Positions 45,368-57,282 are shown, counted from the stretch's first letter. The stretch: DNA of 64,000 nucleotides from an uncultured Gemmatimonadales bacterium (GCA_963821525.1 CAWGED010000004.1:128001-192000), one strand, 5' to 3'. Made by a program: numbers and translations. The notes: generated from the letters alone by a model not told the origin.

Positions 45368-46963
45368 TCAGAACGTGGACCGCTTCCATCCCGGGACGAA
45401 GAGCGGAGTGCTCGCCACCCGGCGAGCGACCTCGAAGTGTGGCGCCACCAGGTCGGCAAGCTGTTGGGCGACAGCGAGGTCGGTCCGACCGAATGTGGTC
45501 CCCGGAGAGGTCATTGCCATAGCGCCGATGATCGTTCCGCCTACCCGGAGTGGAACCACCAGCACCGACAACGGCGGGGAGTCTTGCGAGCTCACCAGGT
45601 ATGGAATCTCTCCCCGCACGACCCGCGCGACACCGGTACCTTCGATCGGTTCCTGCGGAAGGTCTGCCAACGGAGTGGCTTGACCCGGTTTCACTACAGC
45701 CACACGGCCCTCGTTGGAGAGCCTCACCGCGAACTCGATCGCGTTGACCGGCAGGAGCTCCGAAGCCGATTTCACAAAGCGCCTCGTCGCTTCGCCAAGT
45801 AACGGCGTAGTCGCCAGCTCCTCGGCGATCCGGCTCAGATGCATCGGGATGTGGCGGAGCATGTCGAATTGTCCCCGGAGAACCTGGTGTTGCCAGTCCA
45901 TCACGAAGACATCGACCCGCGGCGCTATCAGCGCTCCGATCGTGTCGAGCAACATCAGGTCGCTCTCCTCGTAGAGACCCGGCCCGGCACTTCCGATGAG
46001 CAAGCAACCGACCGGCCGCTCGACGACCCGCAGCTGCACTCCGATCAGCGACCGAGCCTTCTCCTCACCCCCGGCAACGCGGGCCAGCTCCGGCATCGGA
46101 CCCCGCGAATCGGACGCACCATCGCGCACCAGAACCTGGCCGATACCGCCGAACAGCCGATTCGGATCAAACGCGTCGAGAGAGACAACCAGGCTGGGAT
46201 CGGCCCAAAGCGGGCCGTGACCATGGAGGCCGAGGCGGTAGTGCTGGTCTCCCGTCGAATTGCCGATGATCAGCTCGATACCGTCGTGCGGGAGTACGTG
46301 CTGGATCGCGAAGGAAACCGCGAGCATGAAATCTCGAGGCGTGCCTGCGCCCGTGGTGGCTTCCGCGAGAGCGCGGTAGAGTGCGTTGAGTTCCTGGGCC
46401 TCCTGCTCCTCCCCGCGTAGGGGAGGGGTCGCCGCCTGAGCCCTGATCGTCTCGACTTCAGAATCGCTTGAGGCATCGGCCGCGACGGGCTCCTCGACTG
46501 CTTCAGAGGAATGACCCGCCCGGGAGTAGCGCGCCAGCATCGGCGCCATCGCCTCCGCCGCCGATTCGACCACCGCTACTTCCCTCATCCCGTAGAGGTC
46601 GGGCCGGAAGCCCGCGATCAACAGCAGCCCCACGTCATTGGGGCCGTGACGAATCGGGCGACAGACCACCGAGCCGTAGCGTGCCGACTGAACCCGGTCT
46701 TCGATCCGGGCCAGCTCGTGCGGATCGAGGAATGGATTGGGATGTGGAACTCGCAGATCGTCCGCGGCCAGCTCTTCAGGCGCGATCAGCGACGGCTCTC
46801 CGCTCGGCGAGTATACCCACAGAGCGAAGAGGTCGTGCGGAAGCTCGAACTGCAGCGCGTCAGACACGGCCTCATACCACGTCCGCAGCGCCTCCAGGTC
46901 GGGGACCCGGTTGCGGCTGTGAAGGATCGGGAAGAGGAAGGCAAAGTCCGCGTCTTGGGACAT
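45368..46963 (-). CDS. Multi-GAF-domain protein with no evident output domain
   Basis: Three segments with S....P/L.....G.L......Y/F...D......A GAF pattern. Confidence 0.7.
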   Translation of the reverse strand: MSQDADFAFLFPILHSRNRVPDLEALRTWYEAVSDALQFELPHDLFALWVYSPSGEPSLIAPEELAADDLRVPHPNPFLDPHELARIEDRVQSARYGSVVCRPIRHGPNDVGLLLIAGFRPDLYGMREVAVVESAAEAMAPMLARYSRAGHSSEAVEEPVAADASSDSEVETIRAQAATPPLRGEEQEAQELNALYRALAEATTGAGTPRDFMLAVSFAIQHVLPHDGIELIIGNSTGDQHYRLGLHGHGPLWADPSLVVSLDAFDPNRLFGGIGQVLVRDGASDSRGPMPELARVAGGEEKARSLIGVQLRVVERPVGCLLIGSAGPGLYEESDLMLLDTIGALIAPRVDVFVMDWQHQVLRGQFDMLRHIPMHLSRIAEELATTPLLGEATRRFVKSASELLPVNAIEFAVRLSNEGRVAVVKPGQATPLADLPQEPIEGTGVARVVRGEIPYLVSSQDSPPLSVLVVPLRVGGTIIGAMAMTSPGTTFGRTDLAVAQQLADLVAPHFEVARRVASTPLFVPGWKRSTF

Positions 46964-46976
46964 AGGCCCTTAAAGG

Positions 46977-46992
46977 TGCAGGACTTGTGCCC
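46977..46992 (-). promoter_or_regulatory. Candidate sigma54 promoter of the multi-GAF gene
   Basis: GGGCACaagtcCTGCA on the minus strand, GG-N10-GC. Confidence 0.5.
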
Positions 46993-47267
46993 CCCATCGC
47001 CATCCCGGAAGTCGATTCGGCCGAAGGTGCCAATCTGCCTCAGACGACGCAACCACAGGGCCCCGTTGTGCCGGTGGTCCCGATACCATAAGTCATGGGG
47101 TGCATTCAAGTTACGGCATCCGGCCGGGACGCTATCCCCCGGCAGCTCCAAGTATCTGCCACCCTGGCGGCCCGCACCATGACCCCACACCCAGGCTGCC
47201 CTGCGTGACTCTTCTGCAGGCAGGACCCGTATTCTACGCCAGTCCCAACTAGCACTCGCGAGGTTCC

Positions 47268-48410
47268 ATGTTCCGCCGATTCGTCCCGGCAGCAATCGGG
47301 CTGCTCGCCGTAGCTCCCGTACAAGGGCATGCGCAGGACAGCCTGCTCGCGATTCGTGCCGGCCATCTGGTGGACGTCCAGCAGGGCACTCTGAAAGGAG
47401 AGACGCTCATCCTGATCAAGGGCGAGCGGATCGTTCAAGTGAGCCCGGGAGGGACACTCCCAGCTGGAGCCCGGGTAATCGATCTCTCGAAACTCACGGT
47501 CATGCCCGGGTTGATCGACGCCCACGTTCATCTCACGATTGGAACTCCCGACAGTACTGCGCTCGCGACGCTCCGTGCTGGTCTCACTACAGTCCAGGAC
47601 CTCGGCGCCCTCAATCATGCCAATCTCGATCTACGTAACGCGATCGACGGCGGCAAGACGATCGGCCCGCGCATTCACTCTGCCGGATCCTGGATCGGAG
47701 TGAAAGGCGGGATCTGTGACTTCGATGGACGGGGCGTCAGGGGGGAGAACGAATTCGCGGCGCGCACGCGGGAAGACATCGCCAACGGCGCCGACCTGAT
47801 CAAAGTCTGTGTCACCGGATGGCCGGCCGATGGCTACCGTTTTCCGGACTCGGTTGAGATCACCGAGGCCGAGTTGTCTGCGGTGGTGAGAGAGGCGAAA
47901 GCTGCGAACAAGAAGGTGATCGCCCATGCGATCGGACGCCGTGGAGCCTTCATGGCTGTCTCCGCCGGTGTCCAGGCCCTTGCTCACTCGGCATTTCTCG
48001 ACAGCACTACGATCGCAATGATGAAGGCTCGAGGGGTCTACCTGATTCCTACCCTTCTCTCATTCCAGGGCGACGGGCCGGCGTTGTTGGCACTTCAGAA
48101 AGAGATGCGAGTGATTCTGGCGAGCGGCATTCTCATCGCGATGGGGACCGACGCGGGGGTTACACCTCATGGCGGGAACGCAGCGGAGCTGGAGACGATG
48201 GTCGAAGCAGGAATGTCTCCTCTCGCCGCCATCCGCTCTGCCACCATCAGCGCCGCCGCACTCCTCGGCATGTCGGAGTCGATCGGGAGCGTCACTCGGG
48301 GGACGATGGCAGATCTGATCGCGGTCGAGGGTAACCCGCTGGAAGACGTGCGCACGCTCCAACACGTCCTTTTCGTCATGAAGGCAGGGCGGACCTACCT
48401 CACGCCTTAG
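47268..48410 (+). CDS. Secreted metal-dependent amidohydrolase (Xaa-Pro dipeptidase-like)
   Basis: [36 protein letters not shown]. Confidence 0.9.
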   Translation: MFRRFVPAAIGLLAVAPVQGHAQDSLLAIRAGHLVDVQQGTLKGETLILIKGERIVQVSPGGTLPAGARVIDLSKLTVMPGLIDAHVHLTIGTPDSTALATLRAGLTTVQDLGALNHANLDLRNAIDGGKTIGPRIHSAGSWIGVKGGICDFDGRGVRGENEFAARTREDIANGADLIKVCVTGWPADGYRFPDSVEITEAELSAVVREAKAANKKVIAHAIGRRGAFMAVSAGVQALAHSAFLDSTTIAMMKARGVYLIPTLLSFQGDGPALLALQKEMRVILASGILIAMGTDAGVTPHGGNAAELETMVEAGMSPLAAIRSATISAAALLGMSESIGSVTRGTMADLIAVEGNPLEDVRTLQHVLFVMKAGRTYLTP

Positions 48411-49530
48411 CCTCCTCGGCGCGCTGATCCCGAGACTGGAGCGCGGCCTGGTACTCCCGCGTGAGGCGAGCCATCATTTCGCCTCTCTTCGCGTAGAGGC
48501 GTTTGGGAGTCCGGGGCTTGTGCCGGGCAAGCGCGTAGCTGGTGAGGAGCGGTAGCGCGACCGAGTTGTCGAGATAGCAGACGACCGTCCCCGGCAGCAT
48601 CGTGGGATCGATCTTCCCCCAACTGACCGCTTCGGCCGGGGTGGCGCCGGACAACCCACCGGTATCAGGCCGCGCATCGGTCAGCTGCAGGAAGAAGTCG
48701 TGCCCCTTCTCGTCGATCCCCAGCACTTCCTGGATCTGTGGCTCGGTCTGCAGCAGGAAATTCTTGGGACTCCCACCGCCCACGATAAGCGCTCCACTCT
48801 TGCCGCCGGTGCGTTTGGCCTGGAGTACGATCGCAGCCGTCTCGTTTACGTCGGCGCTTACGTCGAACCGGAGCTGGCTGCCGGCCAGCGCCTGCTCTGC
48901 GACGTTCATCCCGATCGAGCTGTCGCCCGGAGAGCTGGTGTAGATCGGCACCTCCAGCGCGTGGGCCGTCGAGAGCACCGAGCGTCGCTGCAGGCCCAGC
49001 GCCTTCTCCCGCTCGCGCAGGTACCCGCCCAGCAGGTAGTGATACTCCGCCGTGCTCATGGAGCGCTGGAACTCCGCCCGAGCCGACACCTCGCGCACGA
49101 ATGCGTCGGTCGAGAGGAGCACTGAGTAGTCGAAAAAGATGTCGTAGATCCGCACGACGCCCTTGTCGCGCAGCTCCACGTCGTCGGCATGGGGGGTCCC
49201 CTGATGCATCGCGAGACCCAGCGCGAAGTGCGCGTCGTGATAGAGATTGGCGCCGGTGGAGATGATCCAGTCCACGAAGCCGGCCTCCATCAGCGGGATG
49301 AGACTGCTCATCCCGAGCCCCGCGGGGGTCATCGCCCCGGTAAGGCTCATCGCGACCGTGACCTCCGGCTCCAGCATCCGCTGGGTGAACAGGAGACAGC
49401 CTTCCCGAAGCCGGCCGGCGTTGTAGGCAAAGAAGGCGTTGTCGATCAGGTCGGCCACGGATTCATGGCCGGTGATTCCGGTCGGATCGATCCGGCGGCC
49501 GCGCAGGTACTGGGCGCTGGGTCGTGTCAT
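48400..49530 (-). CDS. Deoxyhypusine synthase family protein
   Basis: [36 protein letters not shown]. Confidence 0.92.
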   Translation of the reverse strand: MTRPSAQYLRGRRIDPTGITGHESVADLIDNAFFAYNAGRLREGCLLFTQRMLEPEVTVAMSLTGAMTPAGLGMSSLIPLMEAGFVDWIISTGANLYHDAHFALGLAMHQGTPHADDVELRDKGVVRIYDIFFDYSVLLSTDAFVREVSARAEFQRSMSTAEYHYLLGGYLREREKALGLQRRSVLSTAHALEVPIYTSSPGDSSIGMNVAEQALAGSQLRFDVSADVNETAAIVLQAKRTGGKSGALIVGGGSPKNFLLQTEPQIQEVLGIDEKGHDFFLQLTDARPDTGGLSGATPAEAVSWGKIDPTMLPGTVVCYLDNSVALPLLTSYALARHKPRTPKRLYAKRGEMMARLTREYQAALQSRDQRAEEAKA

Positions 49531-49533
49531 CGC

Positions 49534-50287
49534 TTAGCCCACACGATTGGTAGTACCGTTTGGCCTTTGCCGCGGCGATGATGCGTACGACCTCGCGCGG
49601 ATCGTCGGTCACATGAAAGAGGGCGAGGTCGGTCTGGTCGATCTTCCCTTCGACCGCCATGGGAGACTTGAGCCATGCCACCAGCCCCTCCCAGTAAGCA
49701 GAGCCGAACAGCACGACCGGAAAGCTGCTGACCTTCCCGGTCTGGATCAGCGTCAGGGCCTCGAACAACTCGTCGAGCGTGCCGAACCCGCCTGGGAAGA
49801 CCAGAAAGGCCATCGAGTATTTCGCGAACATCATCTTCCGCACGAAGAAGAAGCGGAAGTACATGCTGCGCCGAACGTACTGGTTGGTGCCCTGCTCGTG
49901 CGGCAGTTCGATGTTGCACCCGATGGAGAGACCGTCTCCTTCGACGGCTCCCCGGTTGGCCGCTTCCATGATCCCGGGCCCGCCGCCGGTGATGATCGGG
50001 AAGCCTGCCTCGGCCAGCAGCCGGGCCGTTTCTACCGCCGCCGCATAGTGGGGATCGTTGATCGGTGTGCGGGCCGATCCGAAGATCGCCACCGCGTCCT
50101 GGACATCGCCCAGTTTTTCGAATCCCTCGACGAATTCCCCCATGATGCGGAGTACTCGCCAGGGATCGGTCTTCCGCAGCGCATCGGGCCGTTCCTGGAG
50201 TTGAGCGCTTTCCAGGATCTCTTCGTCCGCGGTGGGACCCCGAGGGCGATCGCGGTGCAGCAGACGGGGATCGAGCGGTTTACTCAC
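49534..50287 (-). CDS. LOG family (TIGR00730) nucleotide phosphoribohydrolase
   Basis: FGSART, TGGGPGIMEA, FFVRK, PGGFGTLDE; true stop probably TAA near 49534 (extra A). Confidence 0.9.
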
Positions 50288-51431
50288 GGGGCAGACACTC
50301 GAGCAGAGCCCGGTGGTCGTCGGGCGTGTTGTAAAAGTAGGGCGAGACCCGGACGTGACCGGGCCGCGAATCCACGATGAATCCCTGGGCCGCGAGCCGG
50401 CGCACGTCCTCCTCCGGCGCCTTCCGCGGGAACATCACGATCGCACTCCGTTCATCCGCCCGCGCGGCTACCCGGAGCATGAAGCCTCGAGCGCGCGCTT
50501 CGTTGATCAGATCTTCCGTCAACGCCTGCGTCACCTGACGAACCGCCGGCAGGCCGATTTCCCTTAGCACTTCCAGCCCGCCCAGCTGGGCATAGACGGC
50601 GGCCATACCCGGGGTCCCGTGTCGAAGCCCCGGGCGCCGGGGCGCCGCTCGAAATGCCGGACATCGAACCGGAACGGATCGCCGTGGGCAAACCACCCGG
50701 TCACTCGCGGGGTCAGCCGGCTCGTCAAATCGGGGCGCGCATAGAGGAACGCGATGCCGGACCCACCCAGGAGCCACTTGAGTCCGCCCGAACAATAGAA
50801 ATCGACGTCCGCCGCATGGACATCGACCGGCAGCTGTCCCGCCCCCTGATAGCCGTCGATCAGCACCAGCGCTCCCCGCCGGTGGGCGATCTCCGCGACC
50901 GCGGCAATGTCCTGAATGGCACCGCTGGTGAAGAACACGTGACTCGTCGCCACCAGCGCCGTGCGGTCATCGACGGCCCGCTCGATCAGCTCGAGCGGGA
51001 CGTGAGTGCCGTCGGGACTGTCTACCACCACTAACTCGACACCCTCGCTGCTGCTTGGCGAGCCACTGGTACGCGACGGTGGGGAAGTCGAGACTCGTTA
51101 CCACCACCTTGGGCCGGTCACGATACTCCAGGGACTCCCCGACCACGCCGAGCACCGATGAGAGCGACGGATGAAGCGAGATGTCCTCGGCCCTGGCGCC
51201 AACGACCCAGGCGTAGTCGGCGCGCAGCACTTCGAGCGCCGGCAACCACTGATCGTACCACGCCGACGCGCCCCGCTGCTCCCAGAGATCGAGATACTGG
51301 TTGACCCGCAGGCGGGAGCGCTTCGAAAGGGCGCCGAGTGAGCAGCTGTTGAGGTATCTCGCGTGGCCGAATACCGGGAATTCCTCGCGGTATCGCAGCA
51401 GCGCGTGCGCGGGAGCCGCAGCTACGGACAT
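50280..51431 (-). CDS. Class V PLP-dependent enzyme (kynureninase-like; frameshifts)
   Basis: REEFP, YLNSCSLG, DFPT, SHVFFTSG, DGYQ, GLKWLLGG, RVSPYFYN. Confidence 0.85.
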
Positions 51432-51490
51432 GGGCGGGGAATATACCGTCGGGCTCGGTGATTCGCCCGGCACGATGTATCTTTGCGCCC

Positions 51491-51758
51491 ATGGCGGCGC
51501 CGGATTCCTGGTGGTCCCTCATTCCGCGGCTGGCCGGTCGCGCCCTGCTCAATCCGCGAATCGCATGGGACCTGCTGCACGATGACGTGGGCCTTCCGGC
51601 GCCGCCGCTGGTGGGCCGCTCCGCCTTTCCTTCCCCTCCCCGATCGAACCTATCTCGAGTGGCGCATGCACACCGCCTACGGAGACGAACGCCGCGTCCC
51701 TCCCGTGGAGGACGTGATCAGGTTCGCTCGCTGGCGCCGAGAGATCCTCAAGCTGTGA
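51491..51758 (+). CDS. Small Trp/Arg-rich hypothetical protein (frameshift near 51580)
   Basis: WW..PPFLPLP...YL.WR..TAYG motif; GTGA overlap with ndh. Confidence 0.65.
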
Positions 51759-53049
51759 CGCACAGCCGCCTAAGTGTCGTGATCGTTGGCGCGGGCTTCG
51801 CCGGGCTGTATGCGGCCAAGGACCTGGGCAAGGCGCCGGTCAACGTCACCGTGGTGGACAGGCACAATCACCACCTCTTCCAGCCAATGCTCTACCAGGT
51901 GGCGACGGCGGGCCTTTCCGAGTCCGACATCGCCTCCCCCATCCGTTCGGTCCTTCGGCGCCAGACCAATACCCAGGTCCTGCTGGGTGAGGTCACGGAG
52001 GTGCGGCCAAACCAGCGTGAGATCGGCTTGGGCGATGGTAGTATTCTAAGCTACGACTACCTGATCCTTGGCGCCGGCGCCCGTCACTCGTATTTCGGCC
52101 GCGACGACTGGGAAATCCTGGCCCCCGGGCTCAAGAGCCTCGAAGACGCCGACGAGATTCGCCGCCGGGTGCTCCTGGCCTTCGAGCGAGCCGAGCGGGA
52201 GACCAGACGCCACCCGCCGTCATGCCCATCTCACCTTCGTCGTGGTCGGGGGCGGCGCCACCGGCGTGGAAGTTGCCGGAGCGCTCGCCGAGATCCGGTC
52301 CTACGCTCTGCGGCGAGACTTCCGCCGCATCGATCCACGAGAAGCGACGGTGATGCTGCTGGAGGGCGGGCCGCGGATTCTCCCGACCTATCCTCCGGAG
52401 CTGAGTCAGCGCGCCAAGGAGCAACTGCGGCGGCTCGGGGTCGAGGTGCGGGAGTCGATGTTGGTCACCGACGTACGCCCCGGCTTCGTGTCTGCCGCGG
52501 GCTGGACCATCCCGACGGGAACCGTGGTGTGGGCTGCCGGCAATGTCGCGAGCCCCTTACTGAAATCGCTCGACGTTCCACTCGATCGCCAGGGCCGAGT
52601 CCTGGTTGAGCCCGACTGCACCGCTCCGGGTCATCCCGAAATTTTTGTACTGGGTGACGCCGCGGCCTACGTTCACCAGGGAGAACAGACTCTGCCCGGT
52701 ATCGCTCCCGTCGCCATTCAGATGGGCCAGTACGCGGCCCGCACCATCCAGGGCGACCTCGCCGGTCGCCCCCGGGTGCACTTCTCCTATTGGGACAAGG
52801 GCCAGCTTGCCGTCATCGGCCGGGGACGCGCCGTGGCGGATCTGGGCCGGTTCAAGTTCGGTGGGTTCTTCGCGTGGCTGGTCTGGATTTTCGTCCACAT
52901 CTTCTTCCTGATCGGGTTCCGTAATCGTCTCCTCGTTCTCTTCGAGTGGGCCTGGGCCTACTTCACCTACGAGCGCGGCGCACGATTGATAACCGGAGCC
53001 TGGGTCGCCAGCCTTACAACTCCCTCCTTCACGCCCGAGCGACAAGTGA
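51755..53049 (+). CDS. ndh: Type II NADH:quinone oxidoreductase (frameshifts near 52205 and 53000)
   Basis: VIVGAGFAG, HLFQPMLYQVAT, VVGGGATGVE.AG, WAAG, LGDAA, W..VHI.FLIGFRNR. Confidence 0.9.
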
Positions 53050-54261
53050 ACCGTACGACCCGGCTGTTGATGCGGATAGGCCTTGCCTTGTCTTGCCTCG
53101 GCGGTACCCTCTCGGCCCAGACCAAGCCGTTTCAGCGCGCGCTGGTGCTGACCGGCGGGGGCTTCAAGTTCATGTACGAGTTCGGGGTCTACGACGCGTT
53201 GGTGGACCGGGGATGGAAGCCCGACGTGATCATCACGACCTGCGGCGCCGCGGTAGTGGGCGCGGTGATTCACGGCGTACCGGACCGGACCGAGCGGCTG
53301 GCCCTGTTACAGTCTCCCGCGATGCTCGAAGCGTTCCGCGCGTTCAAGCTCAAGCGCGGCGGATTTCGGGATATCGAACGACTCATTCGGAAGCTTTCGC
53401 GTTATCAGACCGGCTGGCAGACCAACAGCGACGTGGTGCCCGACCTCTTTTCCCTGGCGCTCTTCGACGACGATTCGATCCCGCTTCCGTTCTGGCACAA
53501 GCCATTCGCCGACCGGGCACCCGATGATCCTCATATCATCGTGGTCGGAGCGACCGCGGCCTTCTCACCTGACGACGTGGAGACCCCGCGCAGGGGACGC
53601 AAACTTTATCAGGAGACCTATTTCACCGACCCCGAGATCGCCAGGCTGATAGAGGGATTCAAATCCCCGATCGGCCGAGGCCTATCCCAACAGCGCGGTC
53701 TCCGTTGATACGAAGGTCTTTACCGACTTCTCGGTCGGCGATGCCGCCTCCATCTCCATCCGCGATCCCTTTCTCATGAAGCCCCTCCGCCGCGGAGATC
53801 AGTACTTCACCGGGGGGATCATCGACCTTTACCCGCTCGAGCTGGCCCGGCATCTGGCGTCCGAGGTCGTGATGACGTTCAATTCCGGTATGGTGGATTT
53901 CGAGCTGCTCGCGATCGACGTGACGCTGGGCTACAACATGAACGACCGGCTGCGGACCATCACGGGGCGGAGCGTGGACCACTGGGTGGACGCGACCGGG
54001 ATCAAGTCGCGGGATTTCACGCTCGATCCCAAATTGAAGCGCGGCTTCCCCAAGCTCTTTGAGCTGAAGGAGAATTACCCGCAGGATCAACCGCTGGTGA
54101 TGAGAGACAGCGAGGGCCGGCCCGGCAAGAAGTCGTACGTCGTCACCGCCGAGATGGAGTTTATGCGCCGCGCGCTGGTCGCCTATGATCGTGGATACGA
54201 CCGCGGGATTGAAGCCATTGCAGAGGTGACCCCGGGAAGCACAGCGCGTATCCGCTACTAA
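53046..54261 (+). CDS. Secreted patatin-like protein with atypical catalytic motifs (frameshift near 53680)
   Basis: Signal peptide; ALVLTGGG, PDVIITTCGAA, SIRDPFLM.P, YFTGGIIDLYP. Confidence 0.7.
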
Positions 54262-54303
54262 GGACGGTCGTAACTTCGAGAAGCCCCCCCGACACGCAGC
54301 CCA

Positions 54304-55261
54304 GTGATCGCCGGAATCCCCCGCGCAGCCTCCTACCCTTACCGCAGCCCAGGTCAAAACCGAAGCGAATTCGACTGGGATTCTCGGCTTGTGCCATCAC
54401 CTCGCTCGAGCCCCTGCCCCATAGCGAGGAGCTCGATCGGTGGCTGGCGAGCGGGAAGGCGGGGAACATGCGCTACCTCCATCGGCAGGCCAAAAAAGCG
54501 GAAGAATCCGCAGGTAACGGACAAGACCGCGAAGCGGGCAATAGTAGTACTTGATAGCTACTACTACGAATCGAGCCAAGGAGACCAATCGCCCACAAGT
54601 GGCGAGGTACGCCCGGGGAACAGACTACCACACCGTCACACGACGGCGATTGGAGCTTCTGGCAGATTTTCTCCGCCAGAATGGCGCTCAGACGGCCCGC
54701 GCCTACACAGACTCCGGCCCGCTCGCTGAACGAGAGCTCGCCCAACGAGCTGGGCTAGGCTGGATCGGCAAAAACACGATGCTCATCCGCCCAAACCAAG
54801 GGTCATGGATGTTCATCGGGACTGTTCTCACCGATCTCGAGCTTGAGATTGATTCCCCATTTGAGACCGACCACTGTGGGTCATGCACCAGGTGTCTCGA
54901 CGCTTGCCCGACTCAGGCCTTCGAGGCCCCGCGAGTCCTCGACGCGACGCGCTGCATCTCGTATCTCACCATCGAGCATCGGGGACCTATTCCAGCTGAC
55001 CTGATCGACCGGTTCGAAGGCTGGGCCTTCGGATGCGACATCTGCAATGAGGTCTGCCCCTGGAATGTCCGCTTCGCCACGGAGTCGAGAGTGCCGGAGT
55101 TCCGGCCGCGCGCAAGCCTCGACGGTGCCGCGCCCGACTTCTTCGATGAGCTGGATGAGCCGGCCTTTGCGGCAAGCTTCGGGGACACGCCCCTTCAGCG
55201 ACCAGGGCTCGAGCGTATGCGGCGCAACTGGCGGGCAGCCTGGACTTCTCTGAAACCCTGA
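54304..55261 (+). CDS. queG: tRNA epoxyqueuosine(34) reductase (N-terminal frameshifts, start uncertain)
   Basis: VARYARG.DYH, AGLGWIGKN, CGSCTRCLDACPT, CISYLTIE, GCDICNEVCPWN. Confidence 0.92.
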
Positions 55262-55267
55262 TGCCCG

Positions 55268-55630
55268 ATGCCGCCCACCCTCTACAGCGTGGCCATTTTC
55301 GTTACCGACATCGACCGGGCCAAGACCTTCTATCGGGATCACCTCGGGCTCACCCTCATCAAGGAGGGAAGCTTCGGCGCCGAGTTCTGCGAAGGAGAGA
55401 CCCGTCTCGGCGTTCATCCGGCAGTTCACCCCGACGCGCGAGCGATGGTGGGCCGCCACACGGGAGTGACTCTCAGAGTCTCCGGGCTCCTGCCCTATTG
55501 CGAGCGGTTGCACGAATGTGGAGTGCGCTTCGTGACCGAGCCGACCCGGCAATCGTTTGGCATCATGGCGATGATCACCGACCCGGACGGCAACGTGTTC
55601 GCCCTCTGGGATGAAACGGTGCCCGAGTGA
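55268..55630 (+). CDS. VOC/glyoxalase family protein
   Basis: VTDIDRAKTFYRD.LGL, DPDGN. Confidence 0.88.
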   Translation: MPPTLYSVAIFVTDIDRAKTFYRDHLGLTLIKEGSFGAEFCEGETRLGVHPAVHPDARAMVGRHTGVTLRVSGLLPYCERLHECGVRFVTEPTRQSFGIMAMITDPDGNVFALWDETVPE

Positions 55631-56403
55631 TGGAAGGCCTGATCACGACACTCGTCTCGATCTGGACCTGGACGGTCCTCGTCGCCTGCCTCGTGATCTG
55701 GCTGCCGATCATGACGCTGATGCGCGTCGTGCTGGCTCCGTTCGATCGAGGACTCTACTGGGTCGGACTCTTCTTCCGTCAGTGCGCCGTGATCGCCGCG
55801 ACACTGAACCCCTACTGGCGCTTTCGGACTGCCGGTAACAGGCCACCCGATCCCCGGCGCCCTTACGTCGTGGTTTCCAACCACGAATCCTTCGCCGACA
55901 TCCTCCTTATCAGCCACCTGCCTTGGGAAATGAAGTGGCTCTCGAAGGTGGAAATCATGCGCATCCCTGTCCTCGGCTGGGATATGTACCTGGCCGGCGA
56001 CATTCCGGTTGAGCGGGGAACGGCGCGGAGTGCGGTGAAAGCGATGCACCGATGCCAGGAAGTGCTCAAGAAGAAGGTGTCGGTGATCATCTTTCCGGAA
56101 GGAACCCGCTCGGCCAGCGGCGAGATGCTTCCCTTCAAGGACGGAGCCTTTCGCCTCGCGATCGATGCCGGCGTGCCGATCTTGCCTCTCGTGGTCTCCG
56201 GGACCGGCACCGCGCTCCGCAAGCACGACTGGCGAGTAGGAAAAGTGAATGCAGTGGTAACGGTGCTGGATCCGATCGAAACGACCGGCCTCACCCACAA
56301 GGATATCAAGCAGCTTCGGGACCGGGTCCGGGCCGTGATTGAAGCCGAGCGCGGTAAGGTTTCTCCGAAGGCTATTCCCGTCCCAGCTCAGCCGGAGACC
56401 TGA
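55627..56403 (+). CDS. plsC: 1-acyl-sn-glycerol-3-phosphate acyltransferase
   Basis: SNHESFAD, FPEGTRS, FKDGAF. Confidence 0.88.
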   Translation: MMEGLITTLVSIWTWTVLVACLVIWLPIMTLMRVVLAPFDRGLYWVGLFFRQCAVIAATLNPYWRFRTAGNRPPDPRRPYVVVSNHESFADILLISHLPWEMKWLSKVEIMRIPVLGWDMYLAGDIPVERGTARSAVKAMHRCQEVLKKKVSVIIFPEGTRSASGEMLPFKDGAFRLAIDAGVPILPLVVSGTGTALRKHDWRVGKVNAVVTVLDPIETTGLTHKDIKQLRDRVRAVIEAERGKVSPKAIPVPAQPET

Positions 56404-57279
56404 CTCTCCCCACCCCACCTGCCAGCACGAGCAGAGTCAACACGTAGGGAAGCATCAGGAAGAGCTGATAAGGGAGGTTCAACAGGATCGATTGGAAGAG
56501 AAACTGAAGCGCCATCGCCGCGCCGAAGAAGAGCGCCGCCGCTGCCACTCTGCCCGGCCGCCAACCACCCAGTACAACAATGGCGACCGCCATGAACCCC
56601 CGGCCCGCCGTCATCTTTTCCGCAAACGTTCCCACCTGGGCTAGCACCAGGCTCGCACCGGCAATGCCGGCGAACATGCCTCCCAGAACGAGGGCGACGA
56701 TCCGAATTCGCTTGACCCGTACCCCGGCGGCAGTAGCAGCTTCCACCGATTCTCCGGCCGCTCTGAGCGCCAGACCCCACCGAGTCCGAAACAACAGGAA
56801 CCAGAGCGCCGGCACGGCAGATATCCGAGGTAGGTTAGGATCGACTGCTCGAACAATGCCGGGCCGAGCAGAGGGATTCGATCAAGGCCCGGAATGGGAA
56901 TAACAGGAAAAGTCGGCAAACTGAGTCCCACGCCCGCGGAACCGTAGACCTCCCGGTAGATCGCTCCGGTTGCACCCACCGCACCAAGTGTGATTGCGGT
57001 GCCGCTGATGATCTGGTTCGCTCCTGCGGCTACGGCGATGAGCCCAAACCCGAGAGAAAGCATGGCTCCCGTCGCCGCGGCGGCGAACGTCCCCGCCCAG
57101 GGACCACCCGCGGTGGAGCCGATGGCTGCGGCGAGAGCACCGGCGAGCATCGCTCCTTCGATTCCCAGATTGATCACCCCGCCCCGCTCGGCCAGGGTCT
57201 CTCCCAGCGCAGCGAGAAGTAGCGGTGTCGCTACCCGGACTGCGCTAGTCAAGAATGAGACGAGAAGGTCCGCGTCCAT
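56372..57279 (-). CDS. Nucleoside/sugar ABC permease (NupC-like; frameshift near 56815)
   Basis: ATPLLLAALGE...ERGGVINLGIEG, GRGFMAVA, MLPYVLTL. Confidence 0.88.
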
Positions 57280-57282
57280 ATC

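Noticed and set aside
49463..49533. 68-nt overlap of the LOG ORF into the DHS gene
   Set aside because: One fewer A in the run near 49560 gives a stop at about 49534, just before the DHS start.
52068..53708. Apparent NDH-2/patatin fusion
   Set aside because: One fewer G near 53003 ends ndh at TGA 53049, overlapping GTG 53046, which starts a signal peptide. Likely an indel artefact.
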